A stretch of 64,000 nucleotides of DNA, taken from Candidatus Sumerlaeaceae bacterium (GTDB lineage: Bacteria; Sumerlaeota; Sumerlaeia; Sumerlaeales; Sumerlaeaceae). The stretch covers positions 128,898-192,897 of the forward strand of contig JBMFRB010000003.1 of assembly GCA_049968255.1 (NCBI GenBank). Direction: 5' to 3'. Both the position numbers and the translations under genes were made by a program. Below the pieces are notes generated by a model, which was given only the letters and a program-made list of their open reading frames with translations, was not told the DNA's origin and made no database searches. Every line of letters starts with the position of its first letter. Within the stretch, counting starts at the first letter, position 1. Below are positions 41,429-51,707 of the stretch, in pieces.

Positions 41429-42778
41429 CTAGCCATAGATTTTCTCCGCGTATTCTTGGAAGTAAAACTCACCGCTGTCGCGGATGGTCGAGCGCTGTCG
41501 GAAATCCTTAAAAAATTCCGAGAAGAACTTGCGCGCCGCTCGTGTGCCCATGCGTTCGGCTGCTGTGACAAACAGCAGTTTGAGTAGGCGTGCCAAGGCT
41601 TCGAGTGTGTCGTTGAGAATGATCTCGAAAGGACCTTTTGTTCCGACCACCCGGGCGAAACGGGTGAATTGACTCGCGTCGATTTTGTTGCCGCTGGCTT
41701 GCAAGAGGTCCGCTTTAGGAAACGCCATAACGACGTTGCGCCACAATCGCTCGACGAGTTTGTCGTCGCGCTGGCCGCGATAGAATTCGTGTTGCTCGCA
41801 CAGAGCAGTCACAAGCTGATTCGTGAGCTCGGCGACGAATTCTACCGGCGTAGGAAATTCTAAGATCGTGGCAGGCTCACGAGGCTGAGGTGGAGCTTCT
41901 CCGCGCTCCTCGGCAGCTTTGCGCCGCACGAACATCGCTAAGATGCGCGCCGACGTCGAGCCAGTGGATTCGGGATGGTCCAGATCCGGGTCTTCCTGTG
42001 GCACGATGGCGTCGATGTCCAGCGGAGCATAGGCATCCGCAATGACGTCCTGATCGTCGGGCAGGCGGATTGTGATGTAGCCCGAGGCCAGAAACGAATT
42101 GAGAATGCGATATGCCTCGAATTTGCTAATGCCACTACGCGCTGCGATCGCGCCAACATTGGCCACCCCATTGATTAGCGAAAGCACTTTCCACTCACTG
42201 TCGCTGAGCTGCATCTCTTCGCGCGCATCTTCGACAGCTAAGGGACGCAACACTGGGATGGCGTGGTCCCCGGGGATATTGCGCACGATGCGCACCCATT
42301 CGTCGAGGCGCCGCGTGCCTTCAATAATCAAGGGTTCGACGTCGAGCTCGACGAGTACCTCGCCCACGGAGTCCTCGTCGCCGTAATCAAATTTGAATGA
42401 GCCTTCTTGTAAAGAAAAGAGGTCCCACATCTCCTCCTCGAGTTGCAGGCGAATTGCCTGACGTAGCTGATCACGCGTGAGCAGACCTCGCTCGATGAGG
42501 ATATGACCCAGTGGTGGTTTTTCAGGGTGCGACCGCTGATAGCGCAGAGCCTCTTCTACTGCTTGACGCGGAACGAGCCCCTGAGTGACAAGCATTTGCC
42601 CCAGCTTGCGCGGCCGGCCCAAACTCGATGAATTCACAAGCTTGCCCCGACGCAGATACAAACGGACCGTGTAATTTCCGTGTTGTACGGTCAATGTGCC
42701 TGTGAGTTTGCCCATGCTCAAAAACTGCAGGATTTCGGGCAAGCTCAGCGTCGGATTAAGTTTTCCTTCGAGTTCCAT
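41429..42778 (-). CDS. DUF4388 (PatA-N-like) protein with inserted MshEN-like motif
   Basis: LEGKL...LPEILQFLSMGKLTGTL, tandem KLGQML..GL/PLGHIL..GL motifs, EGSFKF, LIIEGTRRLDEW, winged-helix LSDSEWKVLSLING. Confidence 0.85.
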   Translation of the reverse strand: MELEGKLNPTLSLPEILQFLSMGKLTGTLTVQHGNYTVRLYLRRGKLVNSSSLGRPRKLGQMLVTQGLVPRQAVEEALRYQRSHPEKPPLGHILIERGLLTRDQLRQAIRLQLEEEMWDLFSLQEGSFKFDYGDEDSVGEVLVELDVEPLIIEGTRRLDEWVRIVRNIPGDHAIPVLRPLAVEDAREEMQLSDSEWKVLSLINGVANVGAIAARSGISKFEAYRILNSFLASGYITIRLPDDQDVIADAYAPLDIDAIVPQEDPDLDHPESTGSTSARILAMFVRRKAAEERGEAPPQPREPATILEFPTPVEFVAELTNQLVTALCEQHEFYRGQRDDKLVERLWRNVVMAFPKADLLQASGNKIDASQFTRFARVVGTKGPFEIILNDTLEALARLLKLLFVTAAERMGTRAARKFFSEFFKDFRQRSTIRDSGEFYFQEYAEKIYG

Positions 42779-42980
42779 CCTGATTAGGCAGCGTCTCTGT
42801 CATGAACTCGCACTCTAGTCTATGCCCAAATGCGCGACTTTGTTGAATTCATGCAATGAAAAAGCATTGCCACCAGGCGCACTGCTGGTAACTTGGGATA
42901 ACGAAGTGTGGATGAAAGACACGAAAAAAGCTATACTTAGAGTTTGTTGCTAAACAGGGGCACGGACTAAGTCGGCTGGC

Positions 42981-45900
42981 ATGGGAGAACTAAGGCATAT
43001 TATCGGAATAGATCTTGGCACCACGAATTCCGTGGTCGCAGTCATGGAAAACGACCAGCCCGTCGTGCTAGCGACAAGTGAAGGAACGACGCGCTTACCT
43101 TCCGTGGTGGCATTTTCGGACGACCCCAATGCGCCGCCGATTGTGGGAGAGTTGGCAAAGCGACAAGTAGTCATGTACCCCGAGCGCACAATTATCAGCG
43201 TGAAGCGCCTTATGGGGCGCTCGCTGGCCGATATCGCAGATTGGCGCGACGAATTGCCCTACGAGGTGATCGAACAGGACGGACGCCTGCTCATTCGCGT
43301 GGGCGAAGCAGGCTATACCCCTAGTCAGATTTCTGCGTTTATTCTCCAAAAATTGAAGAAGACGGCCGAAGATTATTTGGGTGAGCCCGTGGAACAGGCC
43401 GTCATCACCGTGCCGGCTTACTTTGATGACTTGCAGCGGCAAGCGACCTATGAAGCGGCCGAGCTCGCCGGCCTGCAAGTCCTGCGCTTGCTCAATGAAC
43501 CCACGGCCGCTGCCATCGCCTATGGCTTGGGCCGCAATCGGGAAGAACGCGTTGCTGTGTATGACTTTGGTGGCGGCACGTTCGACCTGACCATTCTCGA
43601 CATCGCTGGCCAGACATTTGAGGTGCTTACATCTTTGGGCGATACGCGGCTCGGGGGCGACGACATTGATTTTCTCTTGGTGGAGCGCCTGGTTGCGGAA
43701 CTGCGTAAGAAAATCGGCGAACACTATATGCCCGATGCCTTGGCAATGCAGCGCTTGCGCGAAGCTGCAGAGAAAGCAAAGTGCGAGCTTTCCTATGCGC
43801 GGCAAGCCACGGTCAGCCTGCCTTTTCTTGCCTATCACGGTGGCGACCCCGTTCACCTGGAAGTGACCATTCGGCGCGCGGAGCTGGAGCAAATGATTCA
43901 GCCCCTGGTGGAGCGAACTATGAAATGCTGCGAGCGCGCGCTTGAATCATGTCGGCTGCGCCTTGGTGATATTGATCGTGTCATTCTCGTCGGTGGGACC
44001 ACTCGCATTCCCTATGTGCAGCAGGCGGTGGAAGAGTTTTTTTGTTGCGCGCCCTACAAGGGAATCAACCCAGACGAGATCGTTGCCATGGGCGCTGCTA
44101 TGCAGGGCGCAATCATGCAGGGCCAACTCAAGGAAGTTGTGCTGCTCGACGTCACCCCGCACTCGCTTGGCGTAGAAATCGAAGGAGGGCGCGTTTCGCG
44201 CGTGGTCGAGCGAAACTCCACCATCCCCATCAAGGCGGCCAAGCTCTTCACGACGACAGAGGATAATCAAGAAGTTGTCGTGGTGCACGTCGTTCAGGGC
44301 GAGGGAGAAAAGATTAATGAATGCCGCTCGTTGGGGAAGTTTGTTCTGACGGGCATTCAAAAAGCCAAGGCGGGCGTGCCACGCATCCAGGTCACATTCC
44401 ATATCAATGCGGACGGTATGGTGGAAATTTCTGCCCAGGATCTGGCCACCAAAGAGGAAGCCGGGATCACCTTGGCCGTGGCGCCAGGCATGGAGCAGGA
44501 CGAAGGCTCGCGCCGCCGCCGAGCACGTCGCCGGCCGCAAGCTGCGGAGTCGACAAAGAAAGAAGTTGTGGCTGGACAGGCTACTGTCACACAAGAGCAC
44601 CAGCCTCAAATCACTGTCCAGCGTCAGGCTGCACCGGGCTTCGCACCGCTGCGCTTGCAGGAGACCAGGTCGTCGCTGACACCCCAGACGCTCTCAACCG
44701 TTGCCCAACCTGAGCCGAAAAATCCCCTTAGCACTGTGCCGGTTGGAGATGACATGCAGACGGCCGTACAGGCTTTTGAGCTTCCTGCCCCCGCTTCCCT
44801 CCCATGTTCGCCGTCCACGCGCGAGTTACTAGAAAAGTTGCGCACGGTTGACCTTGGCCAGGTCGGCGGATCACCGGAAACACTCGCAGCGGCGTGCAAA
44901 GAGCTTGGGGCGGTTGCGCGCGCGATGCCTGAGAAACCGGCAGTCTGGCCGTGGTGGATTTATCTGCTTATTCTGCAAGGCGAGATCGAAGAAGCGCGCC
45001 GACGTCTTCTGGAGTGGGCTGCAAGCAACGCTCCAGACCGGAACCTGCTCCCCTTGTGCGCCGATTTCCTTGAGCTGCGGGCGGGAGTAGATCCTTATAC
45101 GGTAGCAGCACGGGCACTGTCAGCGACTGCCGCAGGCGACAACCACGCTGCGTGGGATCTGCTCGTGCCCTGGATGAAAACGGAAGATCTGCCGCGCGAA
45201 GTCTGCGAGATCTTTGTGCAAGTGGCAAAAAAGCGTCTCGACGAAAAAGCAGATGTGCTGGCGAAGCTTCTCTTGGCCAATGCTTTGGTCCATCTCGGCA
45301 GGTTCGATGAAGCACTCGCGATCTTGGAACAAATTGTTGGTCTGCCCGAAGTTCAAGTGTCCGCAACAAAGTTGATGGGTATCTGCTGCTGGAAGAAAGG
45401 AATGAATTATCTCGCATGGCAGAAGCTGGCGATGCTTCCGCCTACTGACGATGTGAGAGAGCTTCTCTACCGGCTGGCCGACGACTCCGAGAAGGTGGGA
45501 CAACGCGAGTTGGCGCGGGATATTTTTTCTTATCTCGCTAATTTGTCGGGATCTTATCGCGACGCCTGCACACGCTGTTCCGCATTGGCCAAACATGGAC
45601 AAACGTCCCCTGTTCCCGCCACACCAGCGCCGGGCTCCGACCTTGAGCAGATCGTGGCGGCTTTTGCGGATTCACGCTTCGTCATTCTCAGCGAAATTAA
45701 CCGGGGCTCGATGGGCGTCATTTATCGCGCGCGCGACCAAGTGCTCGATGAGATTGTGGCACTGAAAGTGCTCAACGATTATCTGGCCACTGATCCCACG
45801 GCGCTCGAGCGCTTCAAACGAGAAGCGCGCGCGGCCAAGCGCCTTTCGCATCCAAATATCGTGCGCATCCACGACATGTACGAGATCGGCCCCAAGCGCC

Positions 45901-46463
45901 TGCTTTCCATGGAGTACATCGCAGGCCGCGACCTAAAAACCATTCTGCGCGAGGGTAGGCCTTTGCCCTGCGAAGAGATTGTGCGTGTCGGCCGATGCGT
46001 GTGTGACGCTTTGGCCTACGCCCACCGTATGGGAATTGTGCATCGCGACATCAAACCCGCCAACATTATGATTGCCGAGAATGGTACGGTCAAGGTCACC
46101 GACTTCGGCATAGCGAAATTTACGCTCCAGCAGGCCGATATCACTCGCTCTGGGTCGCACATTCTAGGGACGCCGCTTTACATGGCTCCCGAACAAATCA
46201 AAGGGGGCGAAGTGGATGGGCGTGCGGATCTCTATGCGCTTGGCGTGACGCTTTATGAGATGGCATCTGGTCATCCCCCATTCTTCGAAGGAAACATTGA
46301 ATATCATCATCTTCACACGCCGCCTCCTCCACTGCGTGTGCCTCTGCCACTTGGTCTTGCGGAAGCTATCCTCAGGTGTTTGGCAAAGGATCCGGAGCAG
46401 CGCTTCCAAAGCGCAGAAGAACTTGCTGAAGCACTCGCGGCAGTGGACTGCGCGGGACTCTAA
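42981..46463 (+). CDS. Hsp70/DnaK-like domain fused to TPR-like region and Ser/Thr protein kinase
   Basis: GIDLGTTNS, TVPAYF, NEPTAAA, DFGGGTFD, VGGTTRIP, VLLDVTP linker; kinase VALK, HRDIKPAN, DFG, GTPLYMAPE; single uninterrupted 1160-aa ORF. Confidence 0.93.
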   Translation: MGELRHIIGIDLGTTNSVVAVMENDQPVVLATSEGTTRLPSVVAFSDDPNAPPIVGELAKRQVVMYPERTIISVKRLMGRSLADIADWRDELPYEVIEQDGRLLIRVGEAGYTPSQISAFILQKLKKTAEDYLGEPVEQAVITVPAYFDDLQRQATYEAAELAGLQVLRLLNEPTAAAIAYGLGRNREERVAVYDFGGGTFDLTILDIAGQTFEVLTSLGDTRLGGDDIDFLLVERLVAELRKKIGEHYMPDALAMQRLREAAEKAKCELSYARQATVSLPFLAYHGGDPVHLEVTIRRAELEQMIQPLVERTMKCCERALESCRLRLGDIDRVILVGGTTRIPYVQQAVEEFFCCAPYKGINPDEIVAMGAAMQGAIMQGQLKEVVLLDVTPHSLGVEIEGGRVSRVVERNSTIPIKAAKLFTTTEDNQEVVVVHVVQGEGEKINECRSLGKFVLTGIQKAKAGVPRIQVTFHINADGMVEISAQDLATKEEAGITLAVAPGMEQDEGSRRRRARRRPQAAESTKKEVVAGQATVTQEHQPQITVQRQAAPGFAPLRLQETRSSLTPQTLSTVAQPEPKNPLSTVPVGDDMQTAVQAFELPAPASLPCSPSTRELLEKLRTVDLGQVGGSPETLAAACKELGAVARAMPEKPAVWPWWIYLLILQGEIEEARRRLLEWAASNAPDRNLLPLCADFLELRAGVDPYTVAARALSATAAGDNHAAWDLLVPWMKTEDLPREVCEIFVQVAKKRLDEKADVLAKLLLANALVHLGRFDEALAILEQIVGLPEVQVSATKLMGICCWKKGMNYLAWQKLAMLPPTDDVRELLYRLADDSEKVGQRELARDIFSYLANLSGSYRDACTRCSALAKHGQTSPVPATPAPGSDLEQIVAAFADSRFVILSEINRGSMGVIYRARDQVLDEIVALKVLNDYLATDPTALERFKREARAAKRLSHPNIVRIHDMYEIGPKRLLSMEYIAGRDLKTILREGRPLPCEEIVRVGRCVCDALAYAHRMGIVHRDIKPANIMIAENGTVKVTDFGIAKFTLQQADITRSGSHILGTPLYMAPEQIKGGEVDGRADLYALGVTLYEMASGHPPFFEGNIEYHHLHTPPPPLRVPLPLGLAEAILRCLAKDPEQRFQSAEELAEALAAVDCAGL

Positions 46464-47010
46464 CGGCGCGCAAGCGAGCGGACGCACATGATCGCTCATT
46501 GTCGAGTTCCCTTGGTGGCGTCATCGGGTCGTCGCGTGGTCAATCCGACCGACGCGAAAGGTGATCAGCACAGCGCGGACTGGAAAGCGTGACCTCGCAC
46601 GCCGCAATGCTCTCCCTGGCTGCGCGCGCACAGGAGAAAGACGCGCTTGCTTGCTGGGAATCTTTGCGACCATTTCTTTGCCGTGCGGGCGCAAGAGAAA
46701 GGCCTACAAAAACACGCCCAAACTCCGGCATGACCAGCTCGCCGTGCGCGCGTAAAAAAACGTTTCTCGGATGATTACCTCGTGAGAAAGCTAGCTCGCG
46801 CCGCCAAGTGCAAAGTAACGCGGGACCGCGAAATGCGTTTGGGCCTTCTGCCAGCGCTGCTTATTCCACTACGCTAAAGAGAAGCATGGCGGCAACCTCA
46901 CTTGCCCCCAGCTGCTGCTCTTCTTGCCTGAAATCGATGGTAGAGATCCCAGGGAGCGTAATCTTGAAATACTCTTGCTTTGTTCGGGCGGAGGCCGAGG
47001 CGACCGCTAA

Positions 47011-47688
47011 TCATGTCTCGATGGGAGCAATGCACTCTGGGACATCATGACGCGGATTATTGACAAGGGGGGAAACCTTGTAAGCCACAAGCAGCTCGGG
47101 CGGGGGAGCAATGAGAAGCGAGCGCACCACGCCTACGTCGTCGAGATGCCGGTCGAGCCACGGCGCGTAGTGATCGCGCGTGAGAATGGCCGGCATGCGG
47201 TCATGAAAGCGGCGCACGGGTTCCACTGCAGGAATAGTGAGGATCGCGCATGTTTCAAGTTGTTCGCCATGAGGCCCGTTCCACACCTCCCACACGCCGG
47301 CAAAGCCAAAAAGCTGCCCGCGGCGGGGTCTGAAAAAGAACGGCTGCTTCACTGCGCCTGTCTTGGCCCATTCGTAGAAACCAGAAGCTGGCACGATGCA
47401 GCGTCGACGGCGAAATGCGTGGCGAAATGCAGGTTTTTCCGCGGCCGTTTCAGCGCGCACGTTGATCATCTTGCTGCCAAAGGAAGGATCAGAAGCCCAC
47501 GACGGGACAAGTCCCCAGGCGAAGTGCGTAATCTCGCGCGCATCGTCTGGCCGCTCTCGCACGGCCAGAACTGGCTGCGACGGAGCGATGTTATAGCGAG
47601 GCGCAAGAGCGCCCACGGCTTCCGCCGGCACCCCGAACTCTTGTGCAATCTGCTGTGCATTGGCAACAAGCGCAAAACGTCCGCACAT
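47011..47688 (-). CDS. SRAP (YedK/HMCES) abasic-site protection protein
   Basis: N-terminal MCGRF, RYNIAPSQ, WGLVPSW, GFYEW, HDRMP. Confidence 0.96.
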   Translation of the reverse strand: MCGRFALVANAQQIAQEFGVPAEAVGALAPRYNIAPSQPVLAVRERPDDAREITHFAWGLVPSWASDPSFGSKMINVRAETAAEKPAFRHAFRRRRCIVPASGFYEWAKTGAVKQPFFFRPRRGQLFGFAGVWEVWNGPHGEQLETCAILTIPAVEPVRRFHDRMPAILTRDHYAPWLDRHLDDVGVVRSLLIAPPPELLVAYKVSPLVNNPRHDVPECIAPIET

Positions 47689-48049
47689 GAGAATAAGCTT
47701 TGCTCCGTTTTTGGGTTCCTAGCGCGCCGGAGGCTTTCTCTTCAAGATCGCTAAGCTGGGGGTGTGCAAGCATACTTTTGACCAAACCGAGCCCATTCTT
47801 GTCCAGGCATGTTTCTCGTAGGCTTCCACGTGTTGCCCCCATGTCGGAGTCGTAGGCCGACCTTCTCTTACTCGGGAGACACCAATGACGACACTCTGTC
47901 TGTTCGCCACCTTTTTGTTCGGCAAAGCGAGAAAGAGAACTTGAACTTATCGAGAGCACAGCGCCGCAACCCGCATATTCGTTCTTGACCACATCTCATC
48001 TGGACGCGAAGAATTTATTTTGATTTTGTGATAATTTTCGAGGCGTTAC

Positions 48050-50629
48050 GTGAACCAAGCACAAAGCTGCGGCGACCTGTGCCAGCTTCACGATGAGGTG
48101 AGCGCTCGTGAGTTGTGCCCCAAAAGCCACGAAGAAAAACTAGCGGCGGTCGAAATGATGCACAGGGAAAAAATGATGAGGTCTCCACTCTTTATCCGGG
48201 CGCGACGGCCTTACGGTTTCCGCGGCGTCTGCGCCAACCCGACAGCAGCTGCGGACAGAGCGCGAAGGTTGATCGCTAGACCTCTTTGCATTTCGTCGCC
48301 GCGTCAAGCCAGTCGCCGAAGGCAAGTTTTTGCTAGTTTTGGCTTTCCTGCATGCTTTTCTCGTCTGCGGTTTCGGGGATGGCTCCTCGTGGTAGCTGTG
48401 CTTGGCGTGTTATTCTCTGTCGGAACCTGCGCGGCTGCTGAGAAGGTGCGGATTCGATACCTGAGTTGGGAGACATCCTTCGAGCAGATCGCGATGGTCA
48501 AGAAGCTCATCGCGGAGTTCGAGCGACGCAATCCGGATATCAAAATCTCGCTCGAATCCAGTGCCGATGCCACGCGCATCTTTCTCACCGATGCGGCTGC
48601 GGGGACGCCTCCCGACGTCATGTACATTACGACCGAGTTCATTGCGCCGCTCGTCGAAAAGCGCATTCTAGAACCGCTCGACCCTTACATCGAGCGTGAC
48701 CATATCGATATGGGCATGTTCATCCCCTCTACAATTGAGGGTCTGAAGGTCGGCGGTGGCCTCTATGCGTATCCGATTCACTTCTCCGTGGATTTGCTGT
48801 TCTACAACAAGCGGCTATTTGATGAACGGGGCGTGTCTTATCCGGATGAAACCTGGACCTGGCAAACGTATCGCGACGCTGCAACCTCGCTGACGATTGA
48901 CCGCAACCGCGACGGGCAGCCTGAAGTTTTTGGCTGTATGCAGGTGGACTGGCAGCTGATCGTGAAAAGTTTCGGTGGGCGTATCTTTGATCCGAAGCGC
49001 TATCGCTTTGTCAACGATTCGCGCGAGGCGCTTCAAGCCTTCGCTTTCAATTCTTCGCTGCAAGGCAAACAGGCGCCAAGTGCGGCTCAGGCGATGGACA
49101 CAACGGATATGCAGCTTTTCTCCAACGGCCGCGTGGCGATGTTCGTCGGCCGCACGTGGCAGCTTCCTCAGATCATCAAGACCATGCGCGATCCGTGGGA
49201 TATTGCCCACGTACCGAAAGGCAAGCAGCGCACCTGCATTTTGAACGTCGGTGGCAACTGCATCGCTGCTGGTTCGCCGCACAAGGAGGCGGCCTGGAAG
49301 TTTGTCAAGTTCTACTCATCGCCCGAGGGCCAGCGGCTGCTAGGAGTGCAAAAGAACTGTACGCCAGCTGTGCGCGAGCTAGCCACGAGCCCCGATTTCT
49401 TTCTCAGTCCGCCGCCACCAAGCCTGCGCGTGGCGGTGGACGCAGCTGATTACGCAAGCGGACGCCTGTATCCTGATGACGCCTGGGCGCCTGAATTCTA
49501 TGCGCGTGTGTGGCAAACTACAGTAGATCAATTCCGCATGACGTCGCCCATCACGCCCGAAGCAGCCCTGGCACGCATCGTGCGTGCGGGCAATGCACTC
49601 ATCGAAAGCCATGAACGCGAAAAGGCCGAGTGCGGCCCTGTGCAGCCGGGCGCCGACACAACGAGCTTCCTCATTCGCCTCATGCTCACGCTCATGGCCA
49701 TCGGGGCTATGGCGCTGCTCGGGTTGGCCCGCACGAACCGCCGCTACTGGGAGGGCTACGCGTTCGTGGCGCCGTGGCTGGTGGGCTTTGTCCTCTTCAC
49801 CCTCGGACCTGTGCTGGCATCGCTCTATCTCAGTTTCTGTCGCTACGATTTGCTGACGCCGCCAAAGTGGGTCGGGCTGCGTAACATCGTCGAGCTAGTC
49901 ACCGACCCGGTCTTCTGGATTTCGCTCAAGAACACACTTTACTACTCGGCACTGGTTGTGCCGGGCACACTAGTCATGTCGCTGGGGCTTGCCATGCTTC
50001 TCAACACGGGGGTGCGCGGCACGACGTTTTTCCGCGCCGTGTACTACTTGCCCGCACTCACAGCCGGCGTTGCCACGAGTTTGCTCTGGCGCTGGATTTT
50101 CAACCCGCAGCTTGGGCTTTTTAACATGTTTCTCAATTGGGTCGGGCTGCCGGGGCCAGAGTGGCTGACCTCGCCGCGATGGGCCATGCCAGCGATCATT
50201 ATCATGAGTATCTGGGGCGGTGTGGCCGGGCCCATGCTTATTTACCTGGCCGGTTTGCAGGGCATTCCCCAGCATCTGTATGAGGCGGCTGCGATCGACG
50301 GAGCGTCGCGCTGGCAGATGTTCCGCCATGTTACGTTGCCCATGCTCAGCCCCACGATCTTTTTCAATCTCATCATGGCGATCATCGGCTCGTTCCAGGT
50401 GTTTACGACGGTTTTTGTGATGACAGCAAACACGGCGGCCTCACAGGAGCCCGGCGGGCCGGCAAACTCCACCATGGTCTACGTGCTTTACCTCTATCAG
50501 ACAGGGTTTCGCTACTTGGCGATGGGGAAAGCGTGTGCTATGGCGTGGATTCTGTTTCTTATCATCCTGGGGCTGACGCTGTGGAACTATCGCATGTCGC
50601 AACGGTGGGTGCATTATGACCAAGCCTGA
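48050..50629 (+). CDS. Carbohydrate ABC transporter: solute-binding domain fused to permease
   Basis: SBP motifs (PDVMY, LFYNKRLFD, FSNGRVAM, KEAAWKFVKF) then permease with EAA loop YEAAAIDGASRW; real start probably about 100 codons downstream. Confidence 0.9.
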   Translation: MNQAQSCGDLCQLHDEVSARELCPKSHEEKLAAVEMMHREKMMRSPLFIRARRPYGFRGVCANPTAAADRARRLIARPLCISSPRQASRRRQVFASFGFPACFSRLRFRGWLLVVAVLGVLFSVGTCAAAEKVRIRYLSWETSFEQIAMVKKLIAEFERRNPDIKISLESSADATRIFLTDAAAGTPPDVMYITTEFIAPLVEKRILEPLDPYIERDHIDMGMFIPSTIEGLKVGGGLYAYPIHFSVDLLFYNKRLFDERGVSYPDETWTWQTYRDAATSLTIDRNRDGQPEVFGCMQVDWQLIVKSFGGRIFDPKRYRFVNDSREALQAFAFNSSLQGKQAPSAAQAMDTTDMQLFSNGRVAMFVGRTWQLPQIIKTMRDPWDIAHVPKGKQRTCILNVGGNCIAAGSPHKEAAWKFVKFYSSPEGQRLLGVQKNCTPAVRELATSPDFFLSPPPPSLRVAVDAADYASGRLYPDDAWAPEFYARVWQTTVDQFRMTSPITPEAALARIVRAGNALIESHEREKAECGPVQPGADTTSFLIRLMLTLMAIGAMALLGLARTNRRYWEGYAFVAPWLVGFVLFTLGPVLASLYLSFCRYDLLTPPKWVGLRNIVELVTDPVFWISLKNTLYYSALVVPGTLVMSLGLAMLLNTGVRGTTFFRAVYYLPALTAGVATSLLWRWIFNPQLGLFNMFLNWVGLPGPEWLTSPRWAMPAIIIMSIWGGVAGPMLIYLAGLQGIPQHLYEAAAIDGASRWQMFRHVTLPMLSPTIFFNLIMAIIGSFQVFTTVFVMTANTAASQEPGGPANSTMVYVLYLYQTGFRYLAMGKACAMAWILFLIILGLTLWNYRMSQRWVHYDQA

Positions 50630-51515
50630 TGATTCGATGAATCTACGAACGAGTGCCGGGAAGCGGCCGCGCGTGTCGTGGGGTCGACGCGTACGCCGTG
50701 CGTTGTGGCTCGTCGTCATCTATACGCTTCTCATCATTGGCGGTGCCATTTTCGCGCTTCCTTTCCTTTGGATGGTGCGCACCGCGCTCATGGACTACGC
50801 CCAGGTGCTCCGTGTCCCCATCGAGTGGATTCCCCAACCGGTGCGCTGGGGAAATTTCCGCGAAGCGCTTGGCTTCATGGATTTCCCTATTCTGCTGCGC
50901 AACACGCTCGTGATCACGCTACTGGTGATCATTGGCCAATTGCTGTCGTGCTCACTCGTGGCCTTTGGGTTCGCACGCCTTGAATTCCCGGGGCGCGAGT
51001 TTCTGTTCTTCGTGCTGCTCAGCACGATGATGTTGCCTGCAATGGTCACCGAAATTCCGCGCTTTATTCTTTTCCGGCATTTCGGTTGGATCGACTCCAT
51101 TCTCCCGCTTGTCGTCCCCGCCTATTTTGGAGCGCCGTTCTTCATCTTTCTTCTGCGCCAGTTTTTCAAAACCATACCCAAGGATCTCGATGACGCAGCA
51201 CGCATCGACGGGTGCTCGGCGTGGCGCATCTGGTGGCAAATTATGCTCCCCCTCTCGAAGCCCGTGCTTGCGGTTGTTGTGATCTTTGGATTCATTTGGA
51301 CGTGGAATGATTTTTGGGGACCCCTGATTTACCTTCGCACCGCCGACAAGAAGACGTTGTCCCTCGGGCTGCAAGTGTTTCAGGGCATTTATCAAACTTA
51401 CTATCACTACCTCATGGCGGCATCGCTTGTTGTGCTGAGTCCTGTGCTCGCGCTCTATGTCTTCTGCCAGCGTTATTTCACACAAGGCATCGTCATGACG
51501 GGCATGAAAAGCTGA
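50616..51515 (+). CDS. Carbohydrate ABC transporter permease (MalG-like)
   Basis: PFLWM, FLLRQFFKTIPKDLDDAARIDG, WNDFWGPLIYL, QRYFTQGI. Confidence 0.95.
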   Translation: MTKPDDSMNLRTSAGKRPRVSWGRRVRRALWLVVIYTLLIIGGAIFALPFLWMVRTALMDYAQVLRVPIEWIPQPVRWGNFREALGFMDFPILLRNTLVITLLVIIGQLLSCSLVAFGFARLEFPGREFLFFVLLSTMMLPAMVTEIPRFILFRHFGWIDSILPLVVPAYFGAPFFIFLLRQFFKTIPKDLDDAARIDGCSAWRIWWQIMLPLSKPVLAVVVIFGFIWTWNDFWGPLIYLRTADKKTLSLGLQVFQGIYQTYYHYLMAASLVVLSPVLALYVFCQRYFTQGIVMTGMKS

Positions 51516-51707
51516 CGGACCGTCCAGCATGGCCGGCGGCAAACGCGCGCCACGGCGCTTTTGCCTAGAGCGCCCGGGGACGTGTTCAGCAAATTCACCA
51601 TGCCCTTCGGGATCGCTTCGGGTAAAAGCAAGAAGGCGACGCACCGAGTTGCCGCCGGGACTGCGCCGCCTTTCTCTTCGAGCGAGCGGAGCGTTCCCCC
51701 AATCTCG

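Noticed and set aside
42779-42980. Possible CIRCE operator upstream of the Hsp70 fusion (also sought upstream of the Hsp20 pair)
   Set aside because: No TTAGCACTC-N9-GAGTGCTAA match found
42981-44500. Calling the Hsp70 fusion the housekeeping dnaK
   Set aside because: It lacks the helical lid, is fused to a kinase and has no grpE/dnaJ/hrcA context
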